A DNA stretch of 61,963 bases, filler included, from Dugesia japonica (Eukaryota), in NCBI GenBank assembly GCA_001938525.1. It is 6 parts of 6 records of this genome, joined end to end, with 100 filler letters (N's around TTAATTAATTAA, not from the genome) between each part and the next. Parts side by side here need not be neighbours in the genome. Positions count along the whole stretch, not along the records: positions 1 to 9,432 come from MQRL01635753.1; positions 9,533 to 19,684 come from MQRL01478588.1; 4 more parts are not named here. One strand, given 5' to 3'. Positions 1 through 13,900 of this stretch are shown here, in pieces; the stretch's first letter is position 1, and every line of letters begins with the position of its first letter. The translations under genes and the position numbers were made by a program. The notes below the pieces were generated by a model, which was given only the letters and a program-made list of their open reading frames with translations, made no database searches and had not been told where the DNA came from.

Positions 1-3000
1 TCTTATCGTAATAATAATAGCTATAATATGAATAATAATTATACTTTTGTTTTAATTACTATAATTATACTCTGAATTTTCTTTTAATACTATATAATTA
101 TTCTTATATCTTTACTTTTGTTGGGTCATTAGGCTTTTGATGTTGTTTGATTGTTGTTCGTCTGATTTTTATTATTAAAATTTCTCCTTCTCTTAATGTC
201 GATTTCTGTCTGCGGTTTGATACCTAGTAACCACTGAAATTTGCATTGCTCTCGCTAGCAACACGATCCCCCTTTCCCGGATTCAGCGGAACTATGCTGT
301 ATCCCGTATTGTGCTTTCAATTTATATTTTATTCGANNNNNNNNNNNNNNNNNNNNNNNNNNNNNNNNNNNNNNNNNNNNNNNNNNNNNNNNNNNNNNNN
401 NNNNNNNNNNNNNNNCTGTGACTAATGCCAGATGACTAATGAGTTATACAAAAACAAATACCAATATTTGTAGCAAAAACAACTACATAAAATTGTTCCC
501 CTCTCTTTCTTTCTATTACGATAAGTATTAAATAAATCCTGACATACATTGTTTCCATATTCGGTCACAAACAAACAGATACACAAGTAGCTTTGTGAGT
601 CATTTGGAGTGAGTAACTCGACTAAATGCTGGATAAGTCAGGTGCATTTAATCAATTTAAAAATAATAATAATTTTACAAATTCGTTTGTAAAAACACAT
701 TTTTTTAAAATATCAATATTTACTAAGAAACTGTTGGTGGCCGCACATGAGAACCACTGGTCTAGATTCATCGTCATTCCCTTGTGATTTACTGACCCTT
801 TCTTCGGCTGGTACGCTTTCCAAGGAGTGCGTAGCGTTGCAAAATTGACAGCTTCTCGCTTTGCATATACCTTGATAAAGTCTGCTATGAGACGGTTGGC
901 TTGCTGTAACGCCAACTATCGATTCTTTTGTCTATTGCGCCTCGCCTCTGATTTTGTGATTACTTGTTTTAGCCTCACAATCTCCTACTTGAACTTACGG
1001 TAATTCCCAAACTTGGTTCGTGGCGCTCCTAGTATATCAAAATTTTTCAATGGCATCTCAAATCAAAATATTAGTTTAATATAATGCAAGTTTTAATTTA
1101 TGGGTTAATTATACATTATTATCACTGCTACATGCAAAAATTATATAGTTTGATGTCATTATATAACATAAGTCAATAGATTTTTATTCGTCCTTTGTAT
1201 TTGCTANTTTTATAGAAACTGTCTAATATTGGAAAGTTCTTTTATTTCCACAGATAACCTTGACGCACAAATTTGGGGACCACTGCTCTATATGTCTCTG
1301 TTTCGATATGCTCTACCATACTTTATCAATTATAAGCTGAAATTGATACATTACCGTGCATAATATTTCTCATAGCATATGCAGCTGGACTTGATATTTT
1401 TTTGAATATTATATAAACATACTGTCTGCCATTATTCCCAACTTTATCTAATATTTGCAATGCACTATCAATATAATTAACGTTCTGCACGAGATGCATC
1501 AGCTTTCGTTTTAAGAATTCGATTGGATACGCATTATTTTTCTGAAAATACAATTTTTTTCATCTTCACTTCTTTCATATAATTGTTAGGGTGAAACACC
1601 CGATCATTGGAAAAATAACTCCAAGTACCCCAAATTATGAATTATCCAGAAGTAATAAAGCATGGAAAATCAAACAAATCAATAATCATAGCGATTCATT
1701 AATAAAGGTGAATAAAGGATTAAAGGAAGGTTCAAAAAATTTCAAAATTGTATCAGAGGATGATTATCACCCTGATTAAAGTCAGGATTAAATAATTGAT
1801 TAAAGAAAAATTATGTTATGACGATAAAAACAAGAAAAACACTATAATAATTAAGTAAAAATTATGGAAATTAATTAATTAATTTTCTGCAGAAAAAGAA
1901 AATTAATTTCGAAAAAATCTGTTATTGAAGAATATCTTCGCTCAGAAAAATCTGAAGAAGACCGGGAAAGAAAATCTTGAAAGCTAATATTATGGGGGAA
2001 TTGAATTTCTCATCGAAAAAGCGTTACCATTATGAAGAAGGTCAAGAAAAGGTTTTAAAGATCAGGCTAACGAAAGGCCAGAAAATAAAAAAAACAAAGT
2101 AACTGGAATCACAAGGTGTCCTAAAAATAGGCACCGATCGAGAGGTTGAAAATCATAGCAATTTTAGAAATTTTAGACTTGGTGCCAATAAAAAGCGGCA
2201 GATCAGAAAGTAAAAATAACCGACCAATGTTAACAAAGTTGAGTTGTCATCGAGAAAGTATAAAACCCCCCTGATTTCAGTCAAAGATGACTAAAAAAAC
2301 TCAATCAATAAGTGTGAAATTGCGTATATTAAACCTACATCAAACGGGAACGAAAACCTAGTACTAGTAAGGAAATTGTGAATCTCACTCATTACGAAAA
2401 TTACTTTTTCACGTTACAGTATCAGAGGTAAAAAAGGGAAATTCTCAAGAAGTTAGCAGTTAAAGAATCCGTTAATCATTTGTCCATGTCAGCCGTTGCA
2501 GAAACCAAAAGTAATTTTTATTAAAAGTAATTTATTATTTTTATTCAGTAATATGTTAATCAAATATTTTGGTATAATAAATATTTAACCTGTAATCAAA
2601 TTAGTTGATTCCTTTGATATGAGAAATAATCTAAATAAGCAATAAAAAGTAAACATAAATGCAAAGNNNNNNNNNNNNNNNNNNNNNNNNNNNNNNNNNN
2701 NNNNNNNNNNNNNNNNCTAGTATTATTGAGTATTCATCCGACACAAATAAGGTTATTTATAATTCTTTTCTGGTAGATTATTATCCATAAAGTTTCATGC
2801 GTATCAACCTGGTAGTGTGAGAATCATCAGTGAATTAAATTTACGATCGTTTCGATNTACTTTAACAGTGTTAATTAATTCCAACATGACGAATGCGTTG
2901 TCTATTATTTGTTTTATCCTAGAATAGCGATTAAATTGATGAAGATAATTATAATCATTATAATCATTGTGATAAATTTCTGCTGTCCAAAATAGCATCG

Positions 3001-3394
3001 ATATGACTTAGTTGTTGAATGCTATTGTAAATACTATTAGACTCCGGTAGTTCCACAGGAGAAATAAAAATCCAATTTAGAATACAAACAACTAACTACG
3101 CGGCATCGAATAAGGTGTGCCAAATGTAATTCTCTCTGTAAGCAACAAACTGATGAGTAATCCACTCAGTCTTAATGGCATTAGTTATCAAAGCGACAAA
3201 GTAACTGTTTCCTGTCGTTATAAAAGTAATGCGGAATAATCCGGCAATATAGTATCAGTTTTGTTATTAGCAATACTATAATTTTAATGTGATTAACACT
3301 GTTATTGCCCGAAGTACAGGTTGTGAGAAGATTTGCTTTAGCAATGAAACGGTATTGTTGTTGATTCTCCATTGCCATTGATATCGGAATTACT

Positions 3395-3660
3395 AATACT
3401 ATGATAATTATTATTATTATAAATGTGAATATTATTATCATTGGTATTTTCATCTTCATTTTTATTAATACGCTTATTATTAATATTACTATCACTATTA
3501 TCATTATTACAGTTATCGCTATTATTATTAGTATTAGTGTTATTATTGTTAATATGCTTATCATTATTATAATAATTATTATTATCAATATTATTATTCT
3601 ATTTAACTTTCCGTTTGTTAACGCTAATACCTTTATTATTAAGATAAATAATTAAGTTAA
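3395..3660. repeat. Degenerate (ATT)n trinucleotide low-complexity block
   Basis: ATT/ATC/ACT triplet runs; these generate the spurious poly-Ile ORFs on both strands. Confidence 0.9.
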
Positions 3661-4013
3661 TTCGCTATTATCATTGAAACTTCTCATCATCCATATTAAT
3701 GCTTATCCACAGGATTATTATCCCTGAATTTTATGAATAACCTCCTTGATGAACAATATTCCCGAGTTATATTGATCCATCGATATAATACTTAAATTAA
3801 TACACACATTAATTTTGCCTTTTAAGGGTAAATTGGTCGGATGAAGGGTTCACATAGAGTTAATCACATCATAAGGTTGACACTTCTCTTCCACGGTAAC
3901 TGCAATGTTTATTAAGACGATTAAAATATATAATAGCCATTTAATTGTTAATGATTTCCCTTTTTGTTGTTGTATTTTCCGACATATTATATACAACTCT
4001 CCGGCAGATCTAT

Positions 4014-4160
4014 ATGGAGAGTCGGAAGGTGCGCCGAAGACAACTGCTGGCCCATATTTTGTCATTGCGGAAAATTGAGCACCCTGACGAGACTGACTTG
4101 CAATGTTTTTTAGAAATGTTCCCTCTGGAACATGAGGTAGATTTAGATGCAGGGAGTTGA
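4014..4160 (+). CDS. Small orphan ORF (48 aa, MESRKVRRRQLLAH...) inside the putative LTR
   Basis: ATG at 4014, higher GC than its flanks, TATA-like TATATAA near 3927. No recognisable domain. Confidence 0.2.
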   Translation: MESRKVRRRQLLAHILSLRKIEHPDETDLQCFLEMFPLEHEVDLDAGS

Positions 4161-7100
4161 TTAGAGATACTCGTGTCACGCTGGTGTAATTGTCATTTTT
4201 GTTTCACTTCAAAATAAATTATTGTTTCTATCATTCTGATTTATGTCTTACTCTTAATTTTATTTTAGTGAATATCTATTGGGAAAAAGCTTGGGACCGA
4301 CGGACTCGGTGAGTGGTTTTCAGGCGCCACACTAACTCCTACAATAGGGGAGCCGGCGTGTTAACTGACCGCTCCAACTTACCGGTAATAGAAGCGGTAG
4401 TTGAGAGAATAAGAGATTTTGACGAACGACAGGATTATTATTCGTGACATGTCCCATCGCGAAGTTTATTGACCCAATTTTCGTATGGGAGCCCACCAGC
4501 TCCCCCCTGTGATAAGGGCAGCTATCGATAACTTATTATGGAGTGCCCGGGACCCGGAGAACATAGAAAACTTTGAAAATACCGAAAATGTTCAAACCCA
4601 GGAGAACTGATTTTGCTCGTTGTGTTGTTTTTAATAAATGTCTACTTATGTAATATGATAAAGAGACTTGTTTTGTCTGAATTAGGCGTTCTAACACCTG
4701 TCTTTCGGTATTTTTTCTGGTGGCTTTTCAATTTGGAAATTATTCATCAGGCTTAGTCTTTTTAAGTTTAAATGTCACTAAGGTGACCTTAGTAATTATA
4801 CATAAAAATTATACATTATAGTAATAATTATGAGAACTGATATAAATAATACTATATTTCCTTTTAACAAATATTAATAATTTAAATATTATGTTATTAT
4901 AGTCATTATATTTCTCGTACTCTTATTCCATAATTATTATTCCACGTTTGATACTAAATTCACTGTCTAATGTTTTATTTATTACTTTCTTCATTCATTA
5001 TTTCATATTTCTTTCTTTGCTAGGTTCTCAGTAATTCATTTATCATTTATTTTTGCTTCTTTATATCTCGTACCACTGTTTGTTTCTATTTTAACTATTT
5101 TCTGTTCTTTATTCATTTATAATCTTATTTATTTCACATAGTTAGTTATTTTCTTTCATTTTAATTTCCATTTATTTATTTCCTTTTTAATCCTTGATTG
5201 TTTTTCGAATTTTACTGGTTATCAGCCTTCTTTTTTCTCTTATTTAAGGCCTGTTTCAGCCCAACAATATCTTAAACCGTCGGAATAAAAATAAATATGC
5301 AAAGAATTATTTTTTATATTTACAATTTCAAAGTACCTTGAGAAATCAAATATTCGTTGCGAAAATAAAAATCTAAATTATGTGATGACAACAAATCAAC
5401 CTTTCACAATAAACACACTCTTTTACATGTTACTACTTCTTAAATGAAATTAATTTGTAAGTAGCTAAATAACCAGCTAAATGTGACACGAACATAAATA
5501 CAAGAATTGCCATACACGCATACACAGTGAGAAGAGCGCATTTCCTGCAATTTGATTGGTGCATACTGAGCCACTTTGGCAAAGAATTTTATCATCCCGG
5601 AAGAATGTCACTCAGTGCTGACACATCTACTGATGGGTATCCAGAAAAACTGGTGCTCTTCATATATATCCTCGAAATATGAGGATCTTCAAAAAAATAA
5701 ATTCAGATAAATACATGCTAGTATATGCTTAATAATATATATAAATTTCTAATAGAAAATATTTGTTTTCTAATAAATTTAACAAAAAGTAATGAAACCA
5801 ATTAAACATAAAAGTCCATAAATTGGTGGCACTATTTTATGCTTATTAATGATATTCTCCATAATGATCGTACAAAATCCAATCAAAAGTCGTAACTCGC
5901 AATAAAATCCTAAAGAAAATTGAATATTAAAGAACAATCATTAAATTTGATTCAAAAAGATAACTAACAATTGAATTCGTTATGAATAAAAACCCTATTT
6001 AATTGTCAAAAATTCTCAAAATAAATAGAATACTTTACTTTTGATGGTTTTTTAAAAAAATCAATCAATTTTCAAGAAAAGGATTAATTGATAAAGTAAA
6101 AAACTAAATCATGAAAAAATCATACCATATCAAGATTAATTAAAGCAAATTACAATAAAATTGGAGGGCAATAAATGGTAAAATCCACCAATGATTAATG
6201 TGTTGAGTAAAATTAAAACTTTTCTTAGTTTTAAAATAATAGAAAAATTGTTACATAAATTAACATAAATTGTAATATAAATTAAGTTTCTTTAAAAATG
6301 TAAAGGAAATAACTCATGTTTCCCCATATATTTTTTAAATAATTTTTTTAATATATTTTATGCATAAAATAAATTAATAAATTTTCTGTATACGATAATT
6401 TCTTAAAATTTCTTATTATCTATGTTGGGTTTCTAGGCTTTTGATGTTTGATTTAATTATTTTACAATTTATTTAATAAATCTTTATCCAAATTGTTCTA
6501 GGCGTTATCTGCATGTGTTGTCTTTGTCATCGTGCTACTTTTGCTGCTGATAAAATTTTTGTTTGTCTCTTTGTCTCCTCTAACAATAAATCTTAGCAGT
6601 AATTCTCGCGATCGGCGCACATTTCCATTTGCTAATCATAATTCTACTGCCACATCGCGTTTTAGTCGGATTCGTCTTCATTAAAAGTACCCTTCTGCTC
6701 CAGTTAGTTATTCAATATCACCGGCCGTAAAAACATCCTGCTTTCTCAAATCGGTGCTTTGTAGTCAGTTTTTAGGAATAGTTTTGTACATATCCAATTC
6801 TATCTTACTCTTCCCTGTTATTGTCACTGATAACATCCGTTCGACCCAATGTCATTTTCCTCTGTGATAATATATTTGATCAAATTCTACTTTTATCTCG
6901 TCTAAGTTTTTGTTCTAATCAACTTTTACTTTAAATTTGACTGATATTATCCTGATTCATTTTTGCTTTCATTTCGGCTGTGCTATTATTCTAAATCCGA
7001 CTGATATTATTTTCATCTCGAGTATAATAGTAGCACGATCATAGATATGTCACTCAGATTTAAGGGTTATAACTTGATCGAAACAAAAAATAAAAATTAC

Positions 7101-7692
7101 TTTCCCGATTGATCTTTTCCTCCACTGTAATATTCAAATGTAGATGTATAAGTTTTAAAATTTATCGTCAACTGTGGTGTAAATTTCAGTATTATTAAAA
7201 TAATAATGTGTTTTAAATTTTAAATAAATTGGAGAGTGATAACACGCCGACTGATACCAGATTATATAGTCAGCTCGGCCGTCGATCAGTTTGTCGCTAA
7301 ACCACTGACGCTGGCTGCTATTTACACAACAATTCTAGAGATAGCTNNNNNNNNNNNNNNNNNNNNNNNNNNNNNNNNNNNNNNNNNNNNNNNNNNNNNN
7401 NNNNNNNNTCGTTGAAGCGAATTTACTGCTTGTCAAATTGTCATTAATAATTCAACTAGGTAAATATTTTTCTATTTACAAATATTTCAAAATTTCTTTA
7501 TCAAATAAAAATCAATATATTTCCTTGTGTACTCAAATCAAAATTCTATTAAATATTTCGAAATTTAATATTCCTTAATTAAATTGTATTATCGATAATT
7601 TTAATTAAATTCAGCCATCCCAATAACTAATAATCAGAATAATATAGCAAAATAATGTAATCAAAATAATATCAAAATATAATGTTGTATAT

Positions 7693-8181
7693 TTGAATAA
7701 CATCAAGAATCACATGTTTGATGGATTGAACTGGTTGAATTGGTTTGATGGATCAAATCATAGTCGCTCCCAAAGAATCAGGCGGTTTCAACATGAAAGA
7801 TTAATTCCTATTTGTACTAAGAAGGTTATTCAATATGGCGTACAAATCCATATTTGGGGATGCTTTTCACGATTCGGTGTAGGAATTTTGAAACGAATAC
7901 ATGGTACGTTGAATTCTGCAACCTATCAAAACAAGATTGTCAATGAAATTGACCTAGTTGGCAAGTGCTTAGTCTTCCCTCTGCGTAGGTTCAGATTGCA
8001 GCACGACAATGCTCCTTGCCATCGATCTGCATCAACATTATCTTTTCTCAGTGAACGTCAAATCGATATATTAAATTGCCCTGGAAATTCTTCTGATGCC
8101 AAGCCGATTGAAAATTTGTGGCATTTCATAAAGATCAAAATGAATGCTTATGAAATTTGGGCGGAGTTACAAAAGATATAG
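7693..8181 (+). mobile_element. Tc1-family (DD34E) transposase fragment
   Basis: Motifs IHIWGCFS, LNSATY and QHDNAPCH...PIENLW, with 34 residues between the second D and the E. Confidence 0.9.
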
Positions 8182-9432
8182 TTGCTTCGGCGATGAGTAA
8201 ATTACATGTTTCTAAACTACGTTTTTAAGTTGGTTTTGTACTGGATACAGACTTGAAATTATTTTCTATTTGAATATCGGCTCAGTTTTAATTTCCATAA
8301 TCTAACTCATTCACCATTGATTTTATTGTTGGTATGAGTTCATTGAATCTCTAGCATTGAAAACCTTTTCACCTTTTTCCAGTTCAAAATTAATTTGAGC
8401 TTCTTTCCAGTTGCATCAAATATATTTTTTCTTAATTGTGCTATTTTGGGATGAATTATCTATCGAAATTCATTTCGTTAAAATGTTATTTGGGTAAAAG
8501 TACAAATAGTGATGACAATATTAAATTCCAAATAAGCTGATGGAGGGTTTATAAATCACTATTTCTATTCATTAGTTTTAGTTTCATTATATTAAATTTT
8601 ATATATCTCACTGAATTATAAGCTCCAAACACGCTAATTTTTAGAAAATTTAAAAGTACACTACTGGACAAATTAAGTTTTAGCCTAGGCTGTACTAGCT
8701 TTTGAACAATGTTCATTTATTTTGATATGTTCTTCATATCATTGAAATATTGTTTGTGCATTTTATCAAAGTAAACTTATTGAATAACAGTTTTGTTCCT
8801 TCGCTGAGAATCATGAAAAAATATCTCCATTTTATATGACCAGGAATAGTAAATAAAACATTTGTTTTAATTGTATGTATGTATCTTTCACTAACAATTT
8901 GTTATTAGTTACTCATCTAAAAAATATGACTATTTTGATTTTTAAGATCGGTGTGAAAAGCTTGTTGAAATTTTTGTGTAGTTAAAAATTTTTTTCTTAA
9001 AATCTATTTTAAAATTAAAAAAGTTAGAAATAAAACGAAATGAAATTAATTTTTTGGACACAAATTAAGAATTAGCTTAAGGATTAGTTTAAATATTTTT
9101 ATACATAATTTTTGAAAAGTACTTTTTTTGTAAATACTGAAAATATTTATTAATAAATTAAATAATAAAATGACTATATTTCATATTTAAATTTAAAATT
9201 TCAGAAATATTTTAATTGAAAATTCATTAATAAAATAAAAACTATATTTTAAATTTTAATAAATTTAAAAAAGATTTCCAACTAAACAGAGTTTTTATAT
9301 GTTTGAATGAACAAATAGTGATGATTATAGTTTTGGTTTGTGAATAAATCTTTTATGGAACCAAGTTCTTCGATGAACACCAAAATCATCTAACAATCTG
9401 TACAATAAAAATTTTGCCACGTGAGAAAACAA

Positions 9433-9532
9433 NNNNNNNNNNNNNNNNNNNNNNNNNNNNNNNNNNNNNNNNNNNNTTAATTAATTAANNNNNNNNNNNN
9501 NNNNNNNNNNNNNNNNNNNNNNNNNNNNNNNN
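9433..9532. other. Artificial contig-joining spacer (N44-TTAATTAATTAA-N44)
   Basis: 12-mer with stops in all six frames at 9477-9488, flanked by 44 Ns on each side. Confidence 0.97.
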
Positions 9533-9620
9533 AATAGCAAAATATTTTATAATTTAATGTTTGAGAAATGAATTTGAAGTTATTTCATATAAGCTTAACT
9601 TTATAAATATTTCATTTCAG

Positions 9621-10351
9621 ATACGATTTGGCATACTGATCTCGATTTCATTTTGGATCCAGATAGTTGGCATCGAACTTTTACCAATAACGAAAAGTGG
9701 CGAATTACTTGGTTAATGAAGCCTCAATATTTCAATTTAATATTTTGTTTGATTTGTTTAATATTAAAATATCCATGTGTATTCTGGTCTTGTCATAAAG
9801 GTTTCTCATTTACATTTTCTCTTTTATTAACACTTGTAAGTTTTCATGTCATTATTGACTATAGTGCAACTTGTGTATTAATTCGTATAGCTTCAAATCC
9901 AAATTTTGTTTCAGAAAATTTACAAATTACATTTTTATCACCAATATTTTTTATGTTACTTTCAACATTAGGATCAGTAGTGATACTAATAACATTTTGG
10001 TGTGTATTTGAATTTGGATTTCAACAGTTTCTTGATAATTTGATACGATATCGACATTTAATGATTATGCAATGTGACGGATCTCACGATGGCAGCAATA
10101 TGTCTGATGTAACTTGTTGTAAAAGAAAACATCTGTATTTACGAGGGTATCTTCCACACCTTGGTGCTATTTTCGGATGTGCACTTGGATTTAGTATGAA
10201 AACTCCATTATTTTATGCTGGTATCAGCATTGTATATCAACACACTCGTGATCCATTAATGTTATTGAATTTATTGGTAGCAGTAATTTTCATTTGTGTA
10301 TGGCTCATTACTTGGTTTGGATTCACTCTTAAGCCCAATTGGAGATTTATA
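9621..10351 (+). CDS. Internal exon of a tincar-like multi-pass membrane protein
   Basis: Acceptor ttcatttcag ends at 9620; donor ATA|GTAAGT at 10352. The frame reads TIWHTDLDF...KYPCVFWSCHKGFSFTFSL...YLPH...VWLITWFGFTLKPNWRF, matching recalled Tincar motifs (IWRTDLDF, RYPAVFW.TNK.F, LWLFLT.K..W.F). Confidence 0.75.
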
Positions 10352-10943
10352 GTAAGTTTATGAAAAAGATAATTGAATAAAAATTATATTTTTCTATCCT
10401 TTGGCACAATATTTTTAGTTTAAAAATATCATGTCAATATTAATGGTAACCGACTTATTAGAAATTATAAATAACGAAAAAAATTAATTATTTTTAAAAA
10501 TTAGTTTAAATTATTTTAGGATTATGATATTTAATGTTTTTATTATTTTCANNNNNNNNNNNNNNNNNNNNNNNNNNNNNNNNNNNNNNNNNNNNNNNNN
10601 NNNNNNNNNNNNNNNNNNNNNNNNNNNNNNNNNNNNNNNNNNNNNNNNNNNNNNNNNNNNNNNNNNNNNNNNNNNNNNNNNNNNNNNNNNNNNNNNNNNN
10701 NNNNNNNNNNNNNNNNNNNNNNNNNNNNNNNNNNNNNNNNNNNNNNNNNNNNNNNNNNNNNNNNNNNACTTGTTAGCTTATCTTTCAAAGTATTGAGAGT
10801 TATACTCATATTTTCATCAATTCATTCTTTTATAGCATGAACATGGGCATCATGCAATGCTTTCTTTCTAACTCCACCTTTCAACCGACTTTCAATATGA
10901 CCTTCTTTCAAGTATACCACTATCACTGCGTATACTGTTCAAA

Positions 10944-11540
10944 TTGTTACATAAATTATCGTTGATTTATCTTTGTTCGAATGTCCATTTAAATAAGAAT
11001 CAACTATTCTCTTATAGCATGAAAAAGTTCTACACGCAATATGAGCAGTATAAACCAGGGCTGTCTTGTAAACCAAAAATTCCTCACCAAGACACCGAGT
11101 ACTTGGATTTTGGCCAGCTAAAAGCTGTAAAACGAAAAAAGGAGAAGAACGAGAATGAATGTATGTCCTATCAGAATACTCTTCATTTAGGGGACACTCA
11201 AAAACTAGCTAATCACATTAGTATTCAAACCACTCAACTCACTCTACGTGTTGGTTCACTTATTACCAGGTTTTTTACCTTTGCCCACAATATAATGATG
11301 CAAGCTACCGCGGTTAGCTTTAATGCTAGGTGCGGGATACCAATGGAGCGAACTGAGAAAAGTTTATCTTCCACTTTTGATCATAACTCGCTAATGTTTT
11401 TGGAAAAGGCGAAAAAACCACCTTCTGTCCGAGTACACAAGCATGTTGTTGAGTACATACTAGCATTATTGAAAACTAATTCAAATAATTATACGAACAA
11501 GCATATAAAAACAAAATTGATTTACAAATTTTCAAAATGA
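10944..11540 (+). CDS. Unassigned 198-codon open frame (possible exon or TE remnant)
   Basis: Long open frame in AT-rich DNA with a candidate acceptor (ctcttatag, ending 11017). No motif recognised. Confidence 0.2.
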   Translation: MLHKLSLIYLCSNVHLNKNQLFSYSMKKFYTQYEQYKPGLSCKPKIPHQDTEYLDFGQLKAVKRKKEKNENECMSYQNTLHLGDTQKLANHISIQTTQLTLRVGSLITRFFTFAHNIMMQATAVSFNARCGIPMERTEKSLSSTFDHNSLMFLEKAKKPPSVRVHKHVVEYILALLKTNSNNYTNKHIKTKLIYKFSK

Positions 11541-13349
11541 TGTTACAAGCACTACATTTTCTAAAATAAAGTAGCAATAGTTTCTAAACTACTAAATAAA
11601 ATTAATCATTGATATCATTTTATTAAAAATTATGTTAAGTTAAGTAATTCAATTTGGTTCATTTTTTTCAGTAAATTATTTGGAATTTATTAATTATAAA
11701 ATTTTAATTATGATATTTAATTATTTAGAATGTTAAATTTTGGGTATTTGTTAATTATAAATTTTAAATAATATGAAGTATATAAATATTTAATGAATGA
11801 ATATGATTGAATAAACTAAAATACAAAAGTATTTACATAAACATAAATTTAAAACGTAAATATAAAGTTTTACCTTGATTAAAACATTTTTGTTTGATTA
11901 CTCGAAAATAAATTTAATTGATTAAAATTCATTAAAAAATTTATCAGGATTGTTCAAATATTTTTAATTTTTAAAATCAAACTATGCTTCATTAATCACG
12001 ACATTTTCGTATTGTAATGAAGATAAAAAATGTTTTATATCTTCTAAGTTTAACCATTCCATTTAATACTTATTTATTACTTAATATTTTAAGAAAGTAA
12101 AAAGTAAATTTATTAGTGTAAATTAGAAGATTAACAACCAAGATTTAAAATAATATTATTGATCGATGTTTATTCGTTAATTAGATAAACTTAGTATTTT
12201 TTAAGCTGTGATTAAAAATTTTTGAAAAATATTAATTTATTTCTTACGTAAAATTACATTATTATTGAAGTTTTTAAAATAACTCTTAATATTGATTCGA
12301 AATTAAAGATTCATTATATTTTTAATCGTTGAATTTTTAATAAATTAATCGGTTATTTTCCACAGCTCTAAAAATTTTTCATAAACTTTTTAGCTTTGGA
12401 ATTTGAATAATACTTTTATTATGCATTCAATTAAATGAGTAAAATTTAGATAAAATTGTCTAAAAGAAAACAGGTAAAGAATAATTCAAATTGTTNNNNN
12501 NNNNNNNNNNNNNNNNNNNNNNNNNNNNNNNNNNNNNNNNNNNCAAATAAAAGTAGTTACATAAAATTCAGCAATATTAAAATCATATAAAGAAAAGATA
12601 ACAGAAAATTTTCAAATCTAAATAATAATTTGAATGAAGCAAAGCTAATAATTAATATTTGAAGAAATTAACAATATATTAGGTTTTTAGGAAAAAGTTC
12701 ATGCGTCGCTTGGTGAAATTATAAAATTTTATATATTATATACTATATAATATTTTTTGTTTTATTGATCTAATTTTAAAGCTGTTATAAAAATTTATTT
12801 ATTATGTATGATGATAAAATAACTTATTTTGAACTTGCGTTTTGCTGTGTTATTATTGGAGAAGGAAATTGGACGCAAATGCTGCAACAAGGACGGATTC
12901 AAAGGAGAAGTACGATCGCCTTCCATCATAGCTGGATTTCAGAATTTGCAGTTTTTAATATATTAGTCTCTTTCAAAAAAAGCTGTAACAATGATATGGA
13001 ACGGCCACCCATATAAATATAAGTTATCAACATAATGGTGAAATTTTATTATTAAGGCAATCCATCCAATTTGAAACTTCTTAACTATCCTCAACTTTGG
13101 AAGAAACACTTGACAAAGTTACTTATCCAATAAGATTTTCATTGTTATACATCAATTTTGCCTTCCATGTTAGTGTAGTTTTATGGGAAAAAGATTTCTC
13201 NNNNNNNNNNNNNNNNNNNNNNNNNNNNNNNNNNNNNNNNNNNNNNNNNNNNNNNNNNNNNNNNNNNNNNNNNNNNNNNNNNNNNNNNNNNNNNNNNNNN
13301 NNNNNNNNNNNNNNNNNNNNNNNNNNNNNNNNNNNNNNNNNNAATTAAT

Positions 13350-13900
13350 TTAATTGCCATTGAATTCATGTCTGAACTTCGATTTATAACTTGAAATGGA
13401 CCTGAATGGAAAGCTTGTAGATCATGGAAATTTTTATTACGTAACCATACTTTATCATATGTTTCAAATTTTTTTGGTATAAATATTTATTGCTTTTGAC
13501 ATTGCGGTTTTGGATCGTTGTTGAAGGACCTAATAATTCTACACACTTCTTCATAATTTGCTTCAGCTTGTAATGGTTCGATTGCAAAAAATTCTGGAAT
13601 TGTTATATCACATCCATAAACCATTTGGTTAGGTGAGACTTTAGTGTCAATATTAATACAGTTTCGTAGACCTAGAAATGCTTTGGGAAGAACTTCTATT
13701 CAATTATGTTCCCCATTGCTGGTATAAGCCCGTAAGCATCTTTGACCGTTTGATGTAAGCGTTTAACTTTGCATTGCGAATGATATGATGTGGTCTTCCG
13801 ATAATCAATACAATAACTTTAACAGAAGTTATGGAAAGTTTCTGATATGAATTGACGTTTTTGATTCGGGATAACTATTGGTGGTGCTCAACTATTTGTT
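13350..13900 (-). mobile_element. Decayed Gypsy integrase fragment
   Basis: Minus-strand frames give QFISETF..KTTSYHSQC..VKRLHQTVK..EVLPKAFLGLRN..SPNQMVYG and KVWLR..SGPFQVI (GPY/F module), broken by stops and frameshifts. Confidence 0.8.

Larger units (their letters stand above)
1584..5266. mobile_element. Putative large solo LTR or other TGT..ACA-bounded element (about 3.7 kb)
   Basis: The left end TGTTAGGGTGAAACA (1584) and the reverse complement of the right end, TGTTGGGCTGAAACA (5252-5266), match at 13/15. The left part is A-rich and the right part T-rich, with an internal (ATT)n block. No exact TSD (ataat vs atatc). Confidence 0.45.

Noticed and set aside
3150-3170. CTGATGAG cores (also at 4084, 38084 and 57176) as hammerheads
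   Set aside because: No stem II followed by GAAA and no stem I pairing.
3181-3655. Poly-Ile ORFs that look like membrane proteins
   Set aside because: They are translations of the (ATT)n low-complexity block on both strands.
10524-10809. ORFs rich in X (also at about 13.1, 20.7, 23.2, 30.7, 41.8, 52.9 and 61.6 kb)
   Set aside because: They are open only because they cross N gaps.
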